Assembly (NCBI GenBank): GCA_964478715.1
Contig: CAYZIY010000001.1
Location: 213,196-277,195 of the forward strand
DNA from: an uncultured Planctomycetales bacterium
GTDB taxonomy: Bacteria > Omnitrophota > Gorgyraeia > Zapsychrales > JBDRMG01
Direction: 5' to 3'
DNA: 64,000 nucleotides
Shown here: one piece after another, positions 27,555-36,936 of the stretch
Position numbering within the stretch: the stretch's first letter is position 1
Layout of the letters: every line of letters starts with the position of its first letter
Position numbers and translations under genes: made by a program
The notes under the pieces: model-generated
Databases searched by the model: none
What the model was told of the DNA's origin: nothing
The model's input: the letters and a program-made list of their open reading frames with translations, nothing else

Positions 27555-28841
27555 ATGAAGTATTACGCCGATCTTCATATCCACTCGCAGTATTCCCGCG
27601 CCACAAGCAAAAAACTGAATCTGGAATATCTTTCCTATTGGGGACAGCTTAAAGGATTACAGTTGATCAGCACGGCGGATTTTACTTATCCCCGGTGGAT
27701 GCAAGAGCTCAAGGAGAAGCTTAAGCCGGCCGAGGAAGGATTTTTGAAACTCAAGAAAAAGTATGATCAATTGGCGCGCACGCAACTGCCGGTTGCCTGT
27801 CGGGGAGAGATACGTTTTGTTCTTTCGACGGAGATCAGTAATATTTATAAAAAGAATGATCGCGTTCGTAAGGTGCATAATATCGTGTTTGTTCCGGATT
27901 TTCAGGCCGCGGAAAGAATTCAAAGGACGCTGGATCAGATTGGCAATATTACCTCCGATGGGAGGCCAATCCTGGGGCTGGATTCCAGAGATCTTTTGGA
28001 GATTGTTCTGGAATCCAGCCCCAGCAGTTTCTTAATCCCCGCCCATATCTGGACGCCGTGGTTCTCGGTATTGGGATCCAAAAGCGGATTTGATTCAATC
28101 GAAGAGTGTTACGGCGATCTCAGTGATCATATCTTTGCCTTAGAGACTGGACTTTCTTCAGATCCGGCTATGAATGGGCGCTTAAGCAAACTGGATCGTT
28201 TTGTTTTGGTTTCCAATTCTGATGCTCACTCGCCGGAAAAACTGGCTCGCGAAGCCAATATTTTTGATACAAAATTTTCTTATCCGGATATGCTCAAATC
28301 TCTCAAAGATAGGAAAGATCAAGGATTATCAGGAACCATCGAATTTTTTCCTGAAGAAGGCAAATACCACTATGATGGCCATCGCAGCTGTGGGATGCGC
28401 ATGAGTCCAGCTGATACCATTAGAAACAAGGGGCTCTGTCCGAAGTGTGGCAAAAAAGTAACCGTGGGCGTGATGGCCCGGGTTGAAGAACTGGCTGATC
28501 AGCCGCTGGGACGAAAGTCGCCCAACAGTCGTCCCTTTTTCAGCTTGATTCCCCTGGCAGAAATCATTGGCCAGGTGCGTGGTGTTGGACCGGGCTCCAA
28601 AAGTGTCCAGTCTCTTTATCACCATCTGCTGGTTCATTTAGGCAGTGAGCTTTCCATTTTGATGGATGTCCCGTTGGGCCAAATCCAAAAAATCGGTGGA
28701 AACTTATTGGTTGAGGCTATCGATCGGGTGCGACGGGGAAATGTCCACATCGATGCGGGTTACGACGGTGAATACGGCAAGGTCCGTATTTTCTCACCCC
28801 AAGAACGGGAAGCTTTCGATCATCAAATGGCTTTCTTTTAA
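27555..28841 (+). CDS. PHP-domain protein, EndoQ-like (TIGR00375-type) nuclease with C-terminal zinc ribbon
   Basis: The N-terminal PHP motif is YADLHIHSQYS, with later His and Asp ligands. A Cys cluster reads HRSCGMR...CPKCGKK. Confidence 0.6.
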   Translation: MKYYADLHIHSQYSRATSKKLNLEYLSYWGQLKGLQLISTADFTYPRWMQELKEKLKPAEEGFLKLKKKYDQLARTQLPVACRGEIRFVLSTEISNIYKKNDRVRKVHNIVFVPDFQAAERIQRTLDQIGNITSDGRPILGLDSRDLLEIVLESSPSSFLIPAHIWTPWFSVLGSKSGFDSIEECYGDLSDHIFALETGLSSDPAMNGRLSKLDRFVLVSNSDAHSPEKLAREANIFDTKFSYPDMLKSLKDRKDQGLSGTIEFFPEEGKYHYDGHRSCGMRMSPADTIRNKGLCPKCGKKVTVGVMARVEELADQPLGRKSPNSRPFFSLIPLAEIIGQVRGVGPGSKSVQSLYHHLLVHLGSELSILMDVPLGQIQKIGGNLLVEAIDRVRRGNVHIDAGYDGEYGKVRIFSPQEREAFDHQMAFF

Positions 28842-28842
28842 T

Positions 28843-30369
28843 ATGATCCATTCGTCATCATTTCAGCACAATGAATGCCAGAGGCAGGCGATAGAGCATC
28901 CAAATGCCCATCTTCTCATTAGCGCCGGACCGGGAACTGGAAAGACCCATACCTTGACTCACCGGATTGCCTTTATCGCGGCCAGAAATAATGCGATCAA
29001 GAATATTCTGGCGATCACCTTCACCCAAAAAGCCGCCGCAGAGATGAAAAGTCGGCTTAAGACTCTGCTTGGTGATCAGGCTGAACAAATCACCATCGGA
29101 ACATTCCATGCCTTTTGTCATCAGGTGCTCTTGAAATACCAATCACAGACCGCTTTACCTAAGGATTTTTCTATTGCCACACCTTCGCAGATCGAAGAGA
29201 TTACCGGTCAGCTGTGGCCCCAATGGGGCCGGCGTCAGCGGGCAGAGCATTGTCACAAAATCGCCAAAAGTAAATCAGGGATTGGCGGATGCGAAAATCT
29301 GAAAGAAACAAAGCTGTACAATCTTTTTTTAAGAGAACGGAAGCTGATCGATTTTGATGATCTGCTTCAAGAAACCGTTTTATTGCTTGAAAGAAATCCT
29401 TCTGTGCGCAAGGAGATTCGGCAGACACACCGTTTTATTTTTGTTGATGAGTATCAAGACATCAATCCTGTTCAAAGGCAATTACTCAAAATGCTTGTCA
29501 GTCCATCAACATACTTAACGGCGATTGGTGATCCTCACCAGGCAATTTACGGATTCCGGGGAAGTGATGCCCGTGTCTTCGATTCTTTCAAAGAGGATTT
29601 TTCCGATGCTACGGTCATGACGTTGAATGAAAATTACCGCAGCGGTCAGAATATCCTGACGGCTAGTCGTCAAATGTTGTCAAAAAAATCTGAAGGAACT
29701 GTGCCGGAGCTGATCGCCAGAATCTATTCGGAGGGACACTTGATTGTTCATTCAACGGCCAGTGACAAAGCCGAAGCTGAATATGTGGTTTACCGGATTG
29801 AGCAACTAATCGGGGGTATTAGTCATTTTTCAAGGGATTCCGGCCGCACGGATAACAGTGAAAATCAAGAGTACACGTTTGGAGACATCGCCATCTTATT
29901 TCGCCTGCATGCCCAGAAGAAGATTTTGCTTGAAGCTTTGCGGCGAAGCGGCATTCCGGCCACCGAGTGTTTTGGATTTCTGGATCAACCGACAGATAGA
30001 GAAGAATCTTATCGGGACAAAAAAGAAACAGTTTCTCTTTTAACGCTTCATGCGGTCAAAGGGTGTGAGTTTCCGGTTGTTTTCATCGTCGGTTGCGAGG
30101 ACGGCTTGCTGCCTTTACATCTTGAGGATATGGAAGGTGATCCCATAGAGGAGCGCCGTCTTTTTTACGTGGGGATGACCCGGGCCAAAGAGAGATTGTA
30201 TCTGACGCATGCCCGGCGACGTTTTGTTTTCGGTCAGCGTTTGGAAAATCCTGTTTCCCCGTTTGTCGATGATATTCAGGAAAATTTGAAAACCATGGAA
30301 AGACTTCAACAATCGCGTAAAGCTGATAAAATAAAAAAAATTGAAAGCCAGATGAGTCTATTTGAATAG
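28843..30369 (+). CDS. UvrD/Rep/PcrA-family SF1 DNA helicase (short form)
   Basis: Helicase motifs present are Walker A (AGPGTGKT), motif II (FVDEYQD), TFHAFC, VKGCEFPVVFIVG and YVGMTRAKE. The start is taken at the ATG 1 nt after the upstream stop, because the track ORF would overlap that gene by 175 nt. Confidence 0.85.
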   Translation: MIHSSSFQHNECQRQAIEHPNAHLLISAGPGTGKTHTLTHRIAFIAARNNAIKNILAITFTQKAAAEMKSRLKTLLGDQAEQITIGTFHAFCHQVLLKYQSQTALPKDFSIATPSQIEEITGQLWPQWGRRQRAEHCHKIAKSKSGIGGCENLKETKLYNLFLRERKLIDFDDLLQETVLLLERNPSVRKEIRQTHRFIFVDEYQDINPVQRQLLKMLVSPSTYLTAIGDPHQAIYGFRGSDARVFDSFKEDFSDATVMTLNENYRSGQNILTASRQMLSKKSEGTVPELIARIYSEGHLIVHSTASDKAEAEYVVYRIEQLIGGISHFSRDSGRTDNSENQEYTFGDIAILFRLHAQKKILLEALRRSGIPATECFGFLDQPTDREESYRDKKETVSLLTLHAVKGCEFPVVFIVGCEDGLLPLHLEDMEGDPIEERRLFYVGMTRAKERLYLTHARRRFVFGQRLENPVSPFVDDIQENLKTMERLQQSRKADKIKKIESQMSLFE

Positions 30370-30396
30370 GGTTTGGAAAGAGAAGAGAGATCTATC

Positions 30397-31305
30397 ATGA
30401 AAAGATTTTTTGTTATCTGCGGCGGGATTTATCTTCTTTTTGTTTGTTTAATCTGCGTACTTTTGTCCGTGATGATGGTTGTGGTTCCGGGATCGGAAAG
30501 AGTCGATTTAAACCAGAGCCTTTTGATGCAGATTCTCGGAGCTGTTTTATATGGGTCCCTGGCTGTTCTTTTTGGCGCGATGGCTGTGGGACTTTTTCGT
30601 TTGAAGAATTGGGCAAGAATTGGCACGCTGATCATTTCCTTTCTTGCTCTCTTTTTGGGATTGATCATGATTGCGGCTATGTTTCTTTTTCCCATACCGC
30701 AGACAGTGAGTGCTCGCCAGGGTGTACCAGATATGGGGCAGGTAAGAGCTATTATGAGCACGTTTTCTTTTATTTTCTTTCTTGCGATTCCTCTGGCATA
30801 CATTATTCTTTTGAGTGTTAAATCTATCCGAGTTTTGTTTACCGGGGAAACGACTGAGAACAGCGAGGAAGTTGGGCGGGGCATTCCTTTAGGCATTAAG
30901 ATGATCGGAGCGCTAAATTGCCTTTCCGCATTTAATCTAGTAACAGTTTGGTTTCATCCCGTTTTTTTTAAGATACAAATAGGCCCATTGATTATTGGGG
31001 GAATATGGTCTCGCATTCTTTTTTTTGTAACGAGTCTTGCGACATTCTTTATCGGAATCGGGTTTTTCAAATTAAAAAAATCAGCCTGGATCGGATTTAT
31101 TGCGCTTTCTGTTTATGGGGCATGCATTCTGTTAGCCAACATTATTTTTCTAAATCCAATGATCTTAAAGGAAATCATTCCAGATCAGCAAAAGTCAATA
31201 CCATGGACAGTTGAAAGCCTTAAAGCGCTTTTATCGATAAATCTCATTTGGCAGCTTGCTCTGCTTTGGTATACCATCAAAAAGAAAAAACATTTTACTA
31301 CTTAA
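30397..31305 (+). CDS. Polytopic membrane protein, unknown function
   Basis: About 8 transmembrane helices are predicted. No motif is recognised. Confidence 0.45.
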   Translation: MKRFFVICGGIYLLFVCLICVLLSVMMVVVPGSERVDLNQSLLMQILGAVLYGSLAVLFGAMAVGLFRLKNWARIGTLIISFLALFLGLIMIAAMFLFPIPQTVSARQGVPDMGQVRAIMSTFSFIFFLAIPLAYIILLSVKSIRVLFTGETTENSEEVGRGIPLGIKMIGALNCLSAFNLVTVWFHPVFFKIQIGPLIIGGIWSRILFFVTSLATFFIGIGFFKLKKSAWIGFIALSVYGACILLANIIFLNPMILKEIIPDQQKSIPWTVESLKALLSINLIWQLALLWYTIKKKKHFTT

Positions 31306-31321
31306 AAGGAAAGGTAAGAAA

Positions 31322-31837
31322 ATGGCTGAGAAAATGAAGATTGTGATGATTGATGATGAGAAAGATTTATGCTTGATGGTGAAAGATAATTTGGAAGACC
31401 AGGGAAAGTTTGAGGTGGCAACAACTACAGATCCCACTCAAGCCCGGGATTTATGCCTTCAAGAAAAACCGGATATTATTCTTCTGGATATTGTGATGCC
31501 GAAACTCGAGGGCACTCAAGTGATCCGCCTCTTGCGGGAAGATGCGCAGCTTAAAGATACTCCAATTATTGTCTTAAGCGGATTAGGCGAAATGGCCTAT
31601 TCTAAACGGGGCAACAGGTGGAGTTGGCAGCCCAATCAGCCTCTGGTACGCCAACGAAGCGAGAATGTTATCAAGGAACGCAGCACGGATGTGGCCGCCG
31701 AGAAATATGATGTTGAAGCTTATTTGCACAAACCGTTTTCGACTGAGTCTTTGGTTGAGACTCTTCAGAGGGTTTTTAAGGAGCAGCAGAAAAGAAAGCA
31801 ACAGCAGCAGGAAGAAGAGCGTCGTCCCGGTATCTGA
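31322..31837 (+). CDS. Stand-alone REC protein with Trp-rich alpha4 insertion and Gln/Glu-rich tail
   Basis: REC elements are MKIVMIDDEKD, IILLDIVMPKLEG and IIVLSGLGE. The insert reads RGNRWSWQPNQP... before YLHKPF. The start is the ATG following an AAGGAAAGG RBS. Confidence 0.8.
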   Translation: MAEKMKIVMIDDEKDLCLMVKDNLEDQGKFEVATTTDPTQARDLCLQEKPDIILLDIVMPKLEGTQVIRLLREDAQLKDTPIIVLSGLGEMAYSKRGNRWSWQPNQPLVRQRSENVIKERSTDVAAEKYDVEAYLHKPFSTESLVETLQRVFKEQQKRKQQQQEEERRPGI

Positions 31838-31876
31838 TTCTTTAATTTTGAAATTTCCGTTTTACGGGGATTTGCA

Positions 31877-32356
31877 ATGGATAAAAAAATTCTTGTTGTC
31901 GATGATGAAGCCGAGCTTTGCGAGATGATGCAGCGTGTTTTAGCTAAACGCGGTTACCAGGTCATCGCTACCACAGATTCCAAACAAGCTTTAGATTTAT
32001 GCAAAAGCGAGCTTCCGGATTTGATCATTCTCGATATCATGATGCCGGAGTTAAAAGGCGATGCCGTGATTGAGCTTTTAAAAGGCGATCCGAAGACCCG
32101 GCATATTAAAATCATTGTCGCTAGCGGTCATGGCGAAATGGTTTATGATAGTAAGCAGGACAAGTGGTGCTGGATGCCCAATGAGCCCAATGTGGAAGAT
32201 CACAATGAACGGGTTGATGACCGTTGGCCTTCCCGGGCGGCGGAAGCATTGGGCGCGCAGCATTATCTCAAGAAACCTTTTATGCCCGTAACGCTTTTGT
32301 CTGTTGTGAAGGATGTTTTAGCGAAGAAATCCGACGAGCAACAAGACGATCAATAA
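31877..32356 (+). CDS. Stand-alone REC protein with Trp-rich alpha4 insertion (paralogue of 31322..31837 and 26..490)
   Basis: REC elements are KKILVVDDEAEL, LIILDIMMPELKG and IIVASGHGE. The insert reads KQDKWCWMPNEP... before YLKKPF. Confidence 0.8.
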   Translation: MDKKILVVDDEAELCEMMQRVLAKRGYQVIATTDSKQALDLCKSELPDLIILDIMMPELKGDAVIELLKGDPKTRHIKIIVASGHGEMVYDSKQDKWCWMPNEPNVEDHNERVDDRWPSRAAEALGAQHYLKKPFMPVTLLSVVKDVLAKKSDEQQDDQ

Positions 32357-35300
32357 GCCAGTTGGGCGCCGATATTTTTCTCCACTTTTTTAATCGGCAT
32401 CTTTAAACGCTTGGCATAATCTTTCACCTGGTCTTTACCGATTTTTCCCAGAGAAAAGTAACACGACTGCGGATGGGAAAAATAGAATCCGCAGATGCTG
32501 GCAGCCGGTCTCATCATGCAGGTTGTGGTAAGCTTGATTTTGGTTTGCTTCGATCCTCCTAAAAGTTTGAGGATCGAATTTTTTTGAGTATGATCGGGGC
32601 AGGCGGGATATCCCGGGGCCGGACGAATACCTTGATAGCGTGTTTGCCAGAGGTCTTTTTTACTCAGATTTTCTTTTTTGGCATATCCCCAAAGCTGTTT
32701 GCGGACTATTTCGTGAAGCTTTTCGGCAAAGGCTTCAGCGAGACGGTCGGCCAGAGATTTAAGAAGGATGCTTCGGTAGTCATCATTATCTTTTTGAAAA
32801 AATTTAAGTGATTTTTCAATCTTCAAACCTGTTGTGACCGCGAATAAGCCGAGAGTATCGTAAAGACCGGAATGTTTAGGTGCAATGAAATCGGACAGAC
32901 ACAAAAGGGGATGATCAGAATCTTTAAGATATTGTTGGCGTAAAAAGGCAAAACGGACCGCAAAGCGATCCGTTTTGCCTTTGGGATAAACCCACACATC
33001 GTCCTGTTTGCTATTAGCTTGAAAGAAGCCGACCGTACCTTTGATCGTTAGCAAATTTTTCTTCACGATGTCGTTTAGCATTTCCTGAGCATCCTGAAAA
33101 AGGGCTTGAGCCGCTTTGGCGCTGGGCCCCTTGCTTAAAAGAGCGGGGTAAACGCCTCTTAATTCCCAAGCATGAAAGAAAGGAGTCCAGTTAATGTAGC
33201 TGATTAAGTCCGAAAGACGGATGCAATGAACGGATTTTGCTCCATAAAACGTCGGGACTGGAATGTCTGCTTTCTGCCAGTCGATCTTGATTATTTTTGA
33301 GCGGGCGTTTTTAAGCGGAATCAGCTGCTTCTGGGCCTGGGATTTTTCATAATTCTGATACAGGTGTTCGTACTGTGCCGAGACGGTTTTGATGAATTCT
33401 TCTTTCTTGCCGGGATCAATTAGCTTGGATGCAATTGTTGCTGAGAGAGAAGCGTCTTTGACATGTACCGCAAATCCACGGTAGTCTTTGGCTATTTTAA
33501 TCGCCGTATATTGTGGGCTGGTTGTAGCTCCGCCGATCAAAAGCGGAATGCGTAATCCTTGATTCTGCATTTTTTGGGCGACTCGACTCATTTCTTCTAA
33601 AGAAGGAGTGATTAAGCCGCTGAGGCCCACCAGATCAACATTTCTTTTGCGTGCTGCTTCCACAATTTTGTCTCCGGGAACCATAATTCCTAAGTCAATG
33701 ACAACAAAATTATTACACGCCAGAACAACGCCGGCGATATTTTTCCCGATATCATGCACATCTCCTTTAACAGTTGCCAATAAGATTTTTCCGGCAGGCT
33801 TGTTCTTTGATTTGGTTTTATGTTGTTCCATGTGAGGCTGAAGATAACCGACCGCTTTTTTCATGACCCGTGCGCTCTTGATCACCTGGGGTAAAAACAT
33901 TTTGCCACAACCAAAAAGCTCACCGACTTTTTTCATCCCATCCATCAAAGGGCCTTCGATGATACGTAAAGGATTCTTGATTTTTGTGCAGGTTTCGTCC
34001 AAATCCTTTTCAATAAAATCGACAGTGCCTTTGATCAGGGCATGCGTAAGACGCTTTTCAACAGGGAGTTTGCGCCAACTCAATTCTTTTTTAGATGAAG
34101 TTTTTTGGGATTCCATTTCTTGCGTCAATGCAATGAGGCGGTCCGTGGCATCGGGTCGGCGGTCAAAATAAACATCCTCAATGCGTTGTCGAATATTTTT
34201 GGGGATTTTGTCATAAACGGTTGTTATGCCGGGATTGACGATTCCCATATCCAAACCGTTTTTGATGGCGTGAAAAAGGAAAATCGAATGCATGGCCTCC
34301 CGGATGGTATTATGCCCGCGCAGGGCAAAAGAAACATTACTGATCCCGCCGCTGACCAGTGCGCCGGGGCAGGACTTTTTGATTTCTTTGACGGCCTTAA
34401 AAAAATCAAGGGCGCATCGGTTATGTTCTTTCATTCCCGTTGCAACCGTTAGAACATTGGGATCAAAAATAATATCTTCGGCCGGAAATTCAAGGTCCTT
34501 GTGCAGCAAACGGTAGGCTCTTTTGCAAATTTCGACTTTACGTTTGGCCGATGTCGCCTGTCCTTTTTCATCAAAGGCCATGACCACAACTGCCGCGCCC
34601 AAGCGTTTGATCAGGCGGGCCTGTTGTTTAAAATTCTCCTCTCCCTCTTTAAGGCTGATCGAATTGACAATGCTTTTTCCTTGCGCGCATTTCAGGCCGC
34701 CTTCAATGACATCAAACCGGGACGAGTCGATCATGAGGGGCACCCGGGCAATGTCGGGTTCGGCAGACAATAATCGCAGAAAACGGACCATGGTTTTTCG
34801 GGAATCCAGGAGAGGTTCATCCATATTCACATCAATCACCTGGGCACCAGCTTCTACTTGTTGACGCGCGATAGAGAGGGCCTGTTCAAATTTTTCCTCA
34901 ACGATCAGGTTTCTGAATTTCTTCGAACCGGCCACATTAGTGCGTTCGCCGATATTAACGAAGTTTGCCTTGGAGCCGATGACAAGCGGTTCGAGTCCGC
35001 TGAAGGCGGGTCTTTTTATTGGAGACTTAGGCGATCGCGGAGGAATGTTTCTGAGCTTATCCGCGATCGCCCGAATATGATCCGGCCGTGTGCCGCAACA
35101 ACCGCCAACTAAATTGACAAGTCCCTTTGCGGCAAATTCTTCAAGGAATTTTGCCATCTGTTTTGGCGATTGATCATAAGCTCCCAGCTCATTGGGCAAT
35201 CCGGCATTAGGATAACAGCTGACAAAGCAGGGCACCAGCCCGGAGAGTTCTTCGATGAAAGGGCGCATATCTTTAGCTCCGGAAGCGCAATTCAAGCCAA

Positions 35301-36033
35301 TAGCAAGCGGGCGGGTATGCGCAACGGAAATCCAGAAGGCTTCGATGGTCTGGCCGGAAAGATTGCGTCCGCTTTTATCGGCTACCGTAGCAGAGATGAT
35401 AATAGGAACTGCTCGATTTTCTTTCTGGAAGACACTTTCTATGGCAAAGAGAGCTGCTTTGCAGTTGAGAGTATCAAAGACAGTCTCAACCAAAAATAGA
35501 TCAATTCCCCCTGCCAGTAATCCACGGGCCTGCTCACTGTAAGCCAGGACCAATTCATCGAAAGTAACATTGCGCCGGGATGGATCATCTACATCGGGAG
35601 AAAGCGTGGCACTGCGGTTGGTCGGGCCCATCGATCCGGCGACAAAACGGGGTTTCTTTTTGTCTTTTTGGGAATAAAAAGCGGCCGCTTTGACGGCTAT
35701 TTTGGCGGATGCCTGGTTAATCTCAAAAACATGATCCTGAAGCTGGTAATCGGATAAACTTAAAGAGGTGGCATTAAAGCTATTGGTTTCAATAATATCA
35801 GCATCGGCATCTAGATAATCTCGATGAATTGCTTCGATGATTTTTGGCTGAGTCAGACACAGAACATCGTGGCACCCAATTAACGGAACGGGATGATTGA
35901 TAAAACGCTCACCGCGATAGGCCTGCTCATCGAGTCGACGGGTCTGGATTTCGGTTCCTGTTGCTCCGTCCAAAATAACGATGCGTTCTTTCAAGATGGA
36001 AAAGAGGGGGTGATTATTCTTTTCTTTGTTCAT
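32350..36033 (-). CDS. metH: Cobalamin-dependent methionine synthase (5-methyltetrahydrofolate-homocysteine methyltransferase), full length
   Basis: The protein carries a homocysteine S-methyltransferase domain with the CGTRPDH zinc site and a pterin-binding domain. The B12-binding DxHxxG reads GDVHDIGKNI, and an AdoMet activation domain sits at the C-terminus. The start is taken at the ATG giving MNKEKNN, where the track extends to an upstream TTG. Confidence 0.95.
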   Translation of the reverse strand: MNKEKNNHPLFSILKERIVILDGATGTEIQTRRLDEQAYRGERFINHPVPLIGCHDVLCLTQPKIIEAIHRDYLDADADIIETNSFNATSLSLSDYQLQDHVFEINQASAKIAVKAAAFYSQKDKKKPRFVAGSMGPTNRSATLSPDVDDPSRRNVTFDELVLAYSEQARGLLAGGIDLFLVETVFDTLNCKAALFAIESVFQKENRAVPIIISATVADKSGRNLSGQTIEAFWISVAHTRPLAIGLNCASGAKDMRPFIEELSGLVPCFVSCYPNAGLPNELGAYDQSPKQMAKFLEEFAAKGLVNLVGGCCGTRPDHIRAIADKLRNIPPRSPKSPIKRPAFSGLEPLVIGSKANFVNIGERTNVAGSKKFRNLIVEEKFEQALSIARQQVEAGAQVIDVNMDEPLLDSRKTMVRFLRLLSAEPDIARVPLMIDSSRFDVIEGGLKCAQGKSIVNSISLKEGEENFKQQARLIKRLGAAVVVMAFDEKGQATSAKRKVEICKRAYRLLHKDLEFPAEDIIFDPNVLTVATGMKEHNRCALDFFKAVKEIKKSCPGALVSGGISNVSFALRGHNTIREAMHSIFLFHAIKNGLDMGIVNPGITTVYDKIPKNIRQRIEDVYFDRRPDATDRLIALTQEMESQKTSSKKELSWRKLPVEKRLTHALIKGTVDFIEKDLDETCTKIKNPLRIIEGPLMDGMKKVGELFGCGKMFLPQVIKSARVMKKAVGYLQPHMEQHKTKSKNKPAGKILLATVKGDVHDIGKNIAGVVLACNNFVVIDLGIMVPGDKIVEAARKRNVDLVGLSGLITPSLEEMSRVAQKMQNQGLRIPLLIGGATTSPQYTAIKIAKDYRGFAVHVKDASLSATIASKLIDPGKKEEFIKTVSAQYEHLYQNYEKSQAQKQLIPLKNARSKIIKIDWQKADIPVPTFYGAKSVHCIRLSDLISYINWTPFFHAWELRGVYPALLSKGPSAKAAQALFQDAQEMLNDIVKKNLLTIKGTVGFFQANSKQDDVWVYPKGKTDRFAVRFAFLRQQYLKDSDHPLLCLSDFIAPKHSGLYDTLGLFAVTTGLKIEKSLKFFQKDNDDYRSILLKSLADRLAEAFAEKLHEIVRKQLWGYAKKENLSKKDLWQTRYQGIRPAPGYPACPDHTQKNSILKLLGGSKQTKIKLTTTCMMRPAASICGFYFSHPQSCYFSLGKIGKDQVKDYAKRLKMPIKKVEKNIGAQLAY

Positions 36034-36197
36034 CACTATCAGAGTAGATGAAAAAAATCTGGTTGTCAATTGCGGAAGTTATTTTCAGGCGTCAGGTATC
36101 AGCTGACATTTAAGACTCTTTTTTAGTGGTTTATCGTGTCTCTTCAAAAATTTCCAAGGATGTGCTATGATTCTTTTGCCTAAAAGGGGAGTCTGTC

Positions 36198-36872
36198 ATG
36201 CAACTAACCGGAAGCTGGGTTGATTATGTCATTGTTTTTTGGGCTGGCGTTTTAGTCAGTTTCTCACCATGTATCTATCCTCTGATTCCGATCACCGCAT
36301 CCTTTATCGGGGGTGTGAATCCTCGTCAATCAAAGTTTTTCGGATTTTTTGTCTCCGTGATTTATGTTTTTGGCCTGGCTGTTTCCTACAGCGCTTTGGC
36401 CGTTGTGGCGGCTTTAACCGGACGCTTTTTCGGTGATATTCAAAATCATCCTGTTGTTTATTTTATTATTTCCGGTTTTCTTTTTTTCTTCGGCTTAACC
36501 ATGCTTCATGTCATTCCCCTGGGGATGATCGGATTGGATTTTAAAAAGAAGATCAAGATTCAAAACACCTGGTCGGTTCTTGTCTTTGGAATGGCGGCCG
36601 GTCTCATTGTCAGCCCCTGCACAGCGCCTATTTTGGGGACGATCTTGCTCTACATTTCCTCTAAGCAAAATATCATTCATGCGGTCAGCCTGATGTTTGT
36701 TTTCTCTTATGGTGTGGGTTTTCTTCTGATTATTGTCGGAACTTTCTCTGGTTTGCTCAGCGGCCTGCCAAAGTCCGGCGCCTGGATGAATTTCGTCCGA
36801 TATCTTTGCGCTACTGTTTTATTTCTGGCAGCGAGCTATTTTCTGATTAAGGGAATCCGCCTGATGATTTGA
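36198..36872 (+). CDS. ccdA: Cytochrome c-type biogenesis protein CcdA / DsbD transmembrane-domain family
   Basis: Six transmembrane helices are predicted, with the two conserved Cys in FSPCIYPLIP and VSPCTAPILG. Confidence 0.75.
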   Translation: MQLTGSWVDYVIVFWAGVLVSFSPCIYPLIPITASFIGGVNPRQSKFFGFFVSVIYVFGLAVSYSALAVVAALTGRFFGDIQNHPVVYFIISGFLFFFGLTMLHVIPLGMIGLDFKKKIKIQNTWSVLVFGMAAGLIVSPCTAPILGTILLYISSKQNIIHAVSLMFVFSYGVGFLLIIVGTFSGLLSGLPKSGAWMNFVRYLCATVLFLAASYFLIKGIRLMI

Positions 36873-36936
36873 ATCGCAAAAACAAGATTTCTCCCCTTTA
36901 GTGAATAGACTTTTGCTATAATAACGTCGGTGCCTC

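Noticed and set aside
32584-35542. Numerous +strand ORFs opposite metH (e.g. 34105..34452, 34523..34864, 35170..35499).
   Set aside because: They lie antisense to a full-length MetH with all conserved motifs. They are typical shadow ORFs of a GC-skewed long gene.
36069-36069. Upstream TTG start extending MetH by 12 aa (MTTRFFSSTLIV).
   Set aside because: The ATG at 36033 gives a typical MetH N-terminus, and the extension is hydrophobic junk. The same reasoning was applied to the TTG start at 25660 (GGDEF), 28666 (helicase), 43853 (giant protein), 18467 (nrdJ) and 20837.
36034-36197. Checked the metH 5' region for a B12 or SAM riboswitch.
   Set aside because: Only about 130 nt are available. 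No B12-box (GCCACUG-like) or S-box conserved elements were found, only a short TCAGCTGA palindrome.
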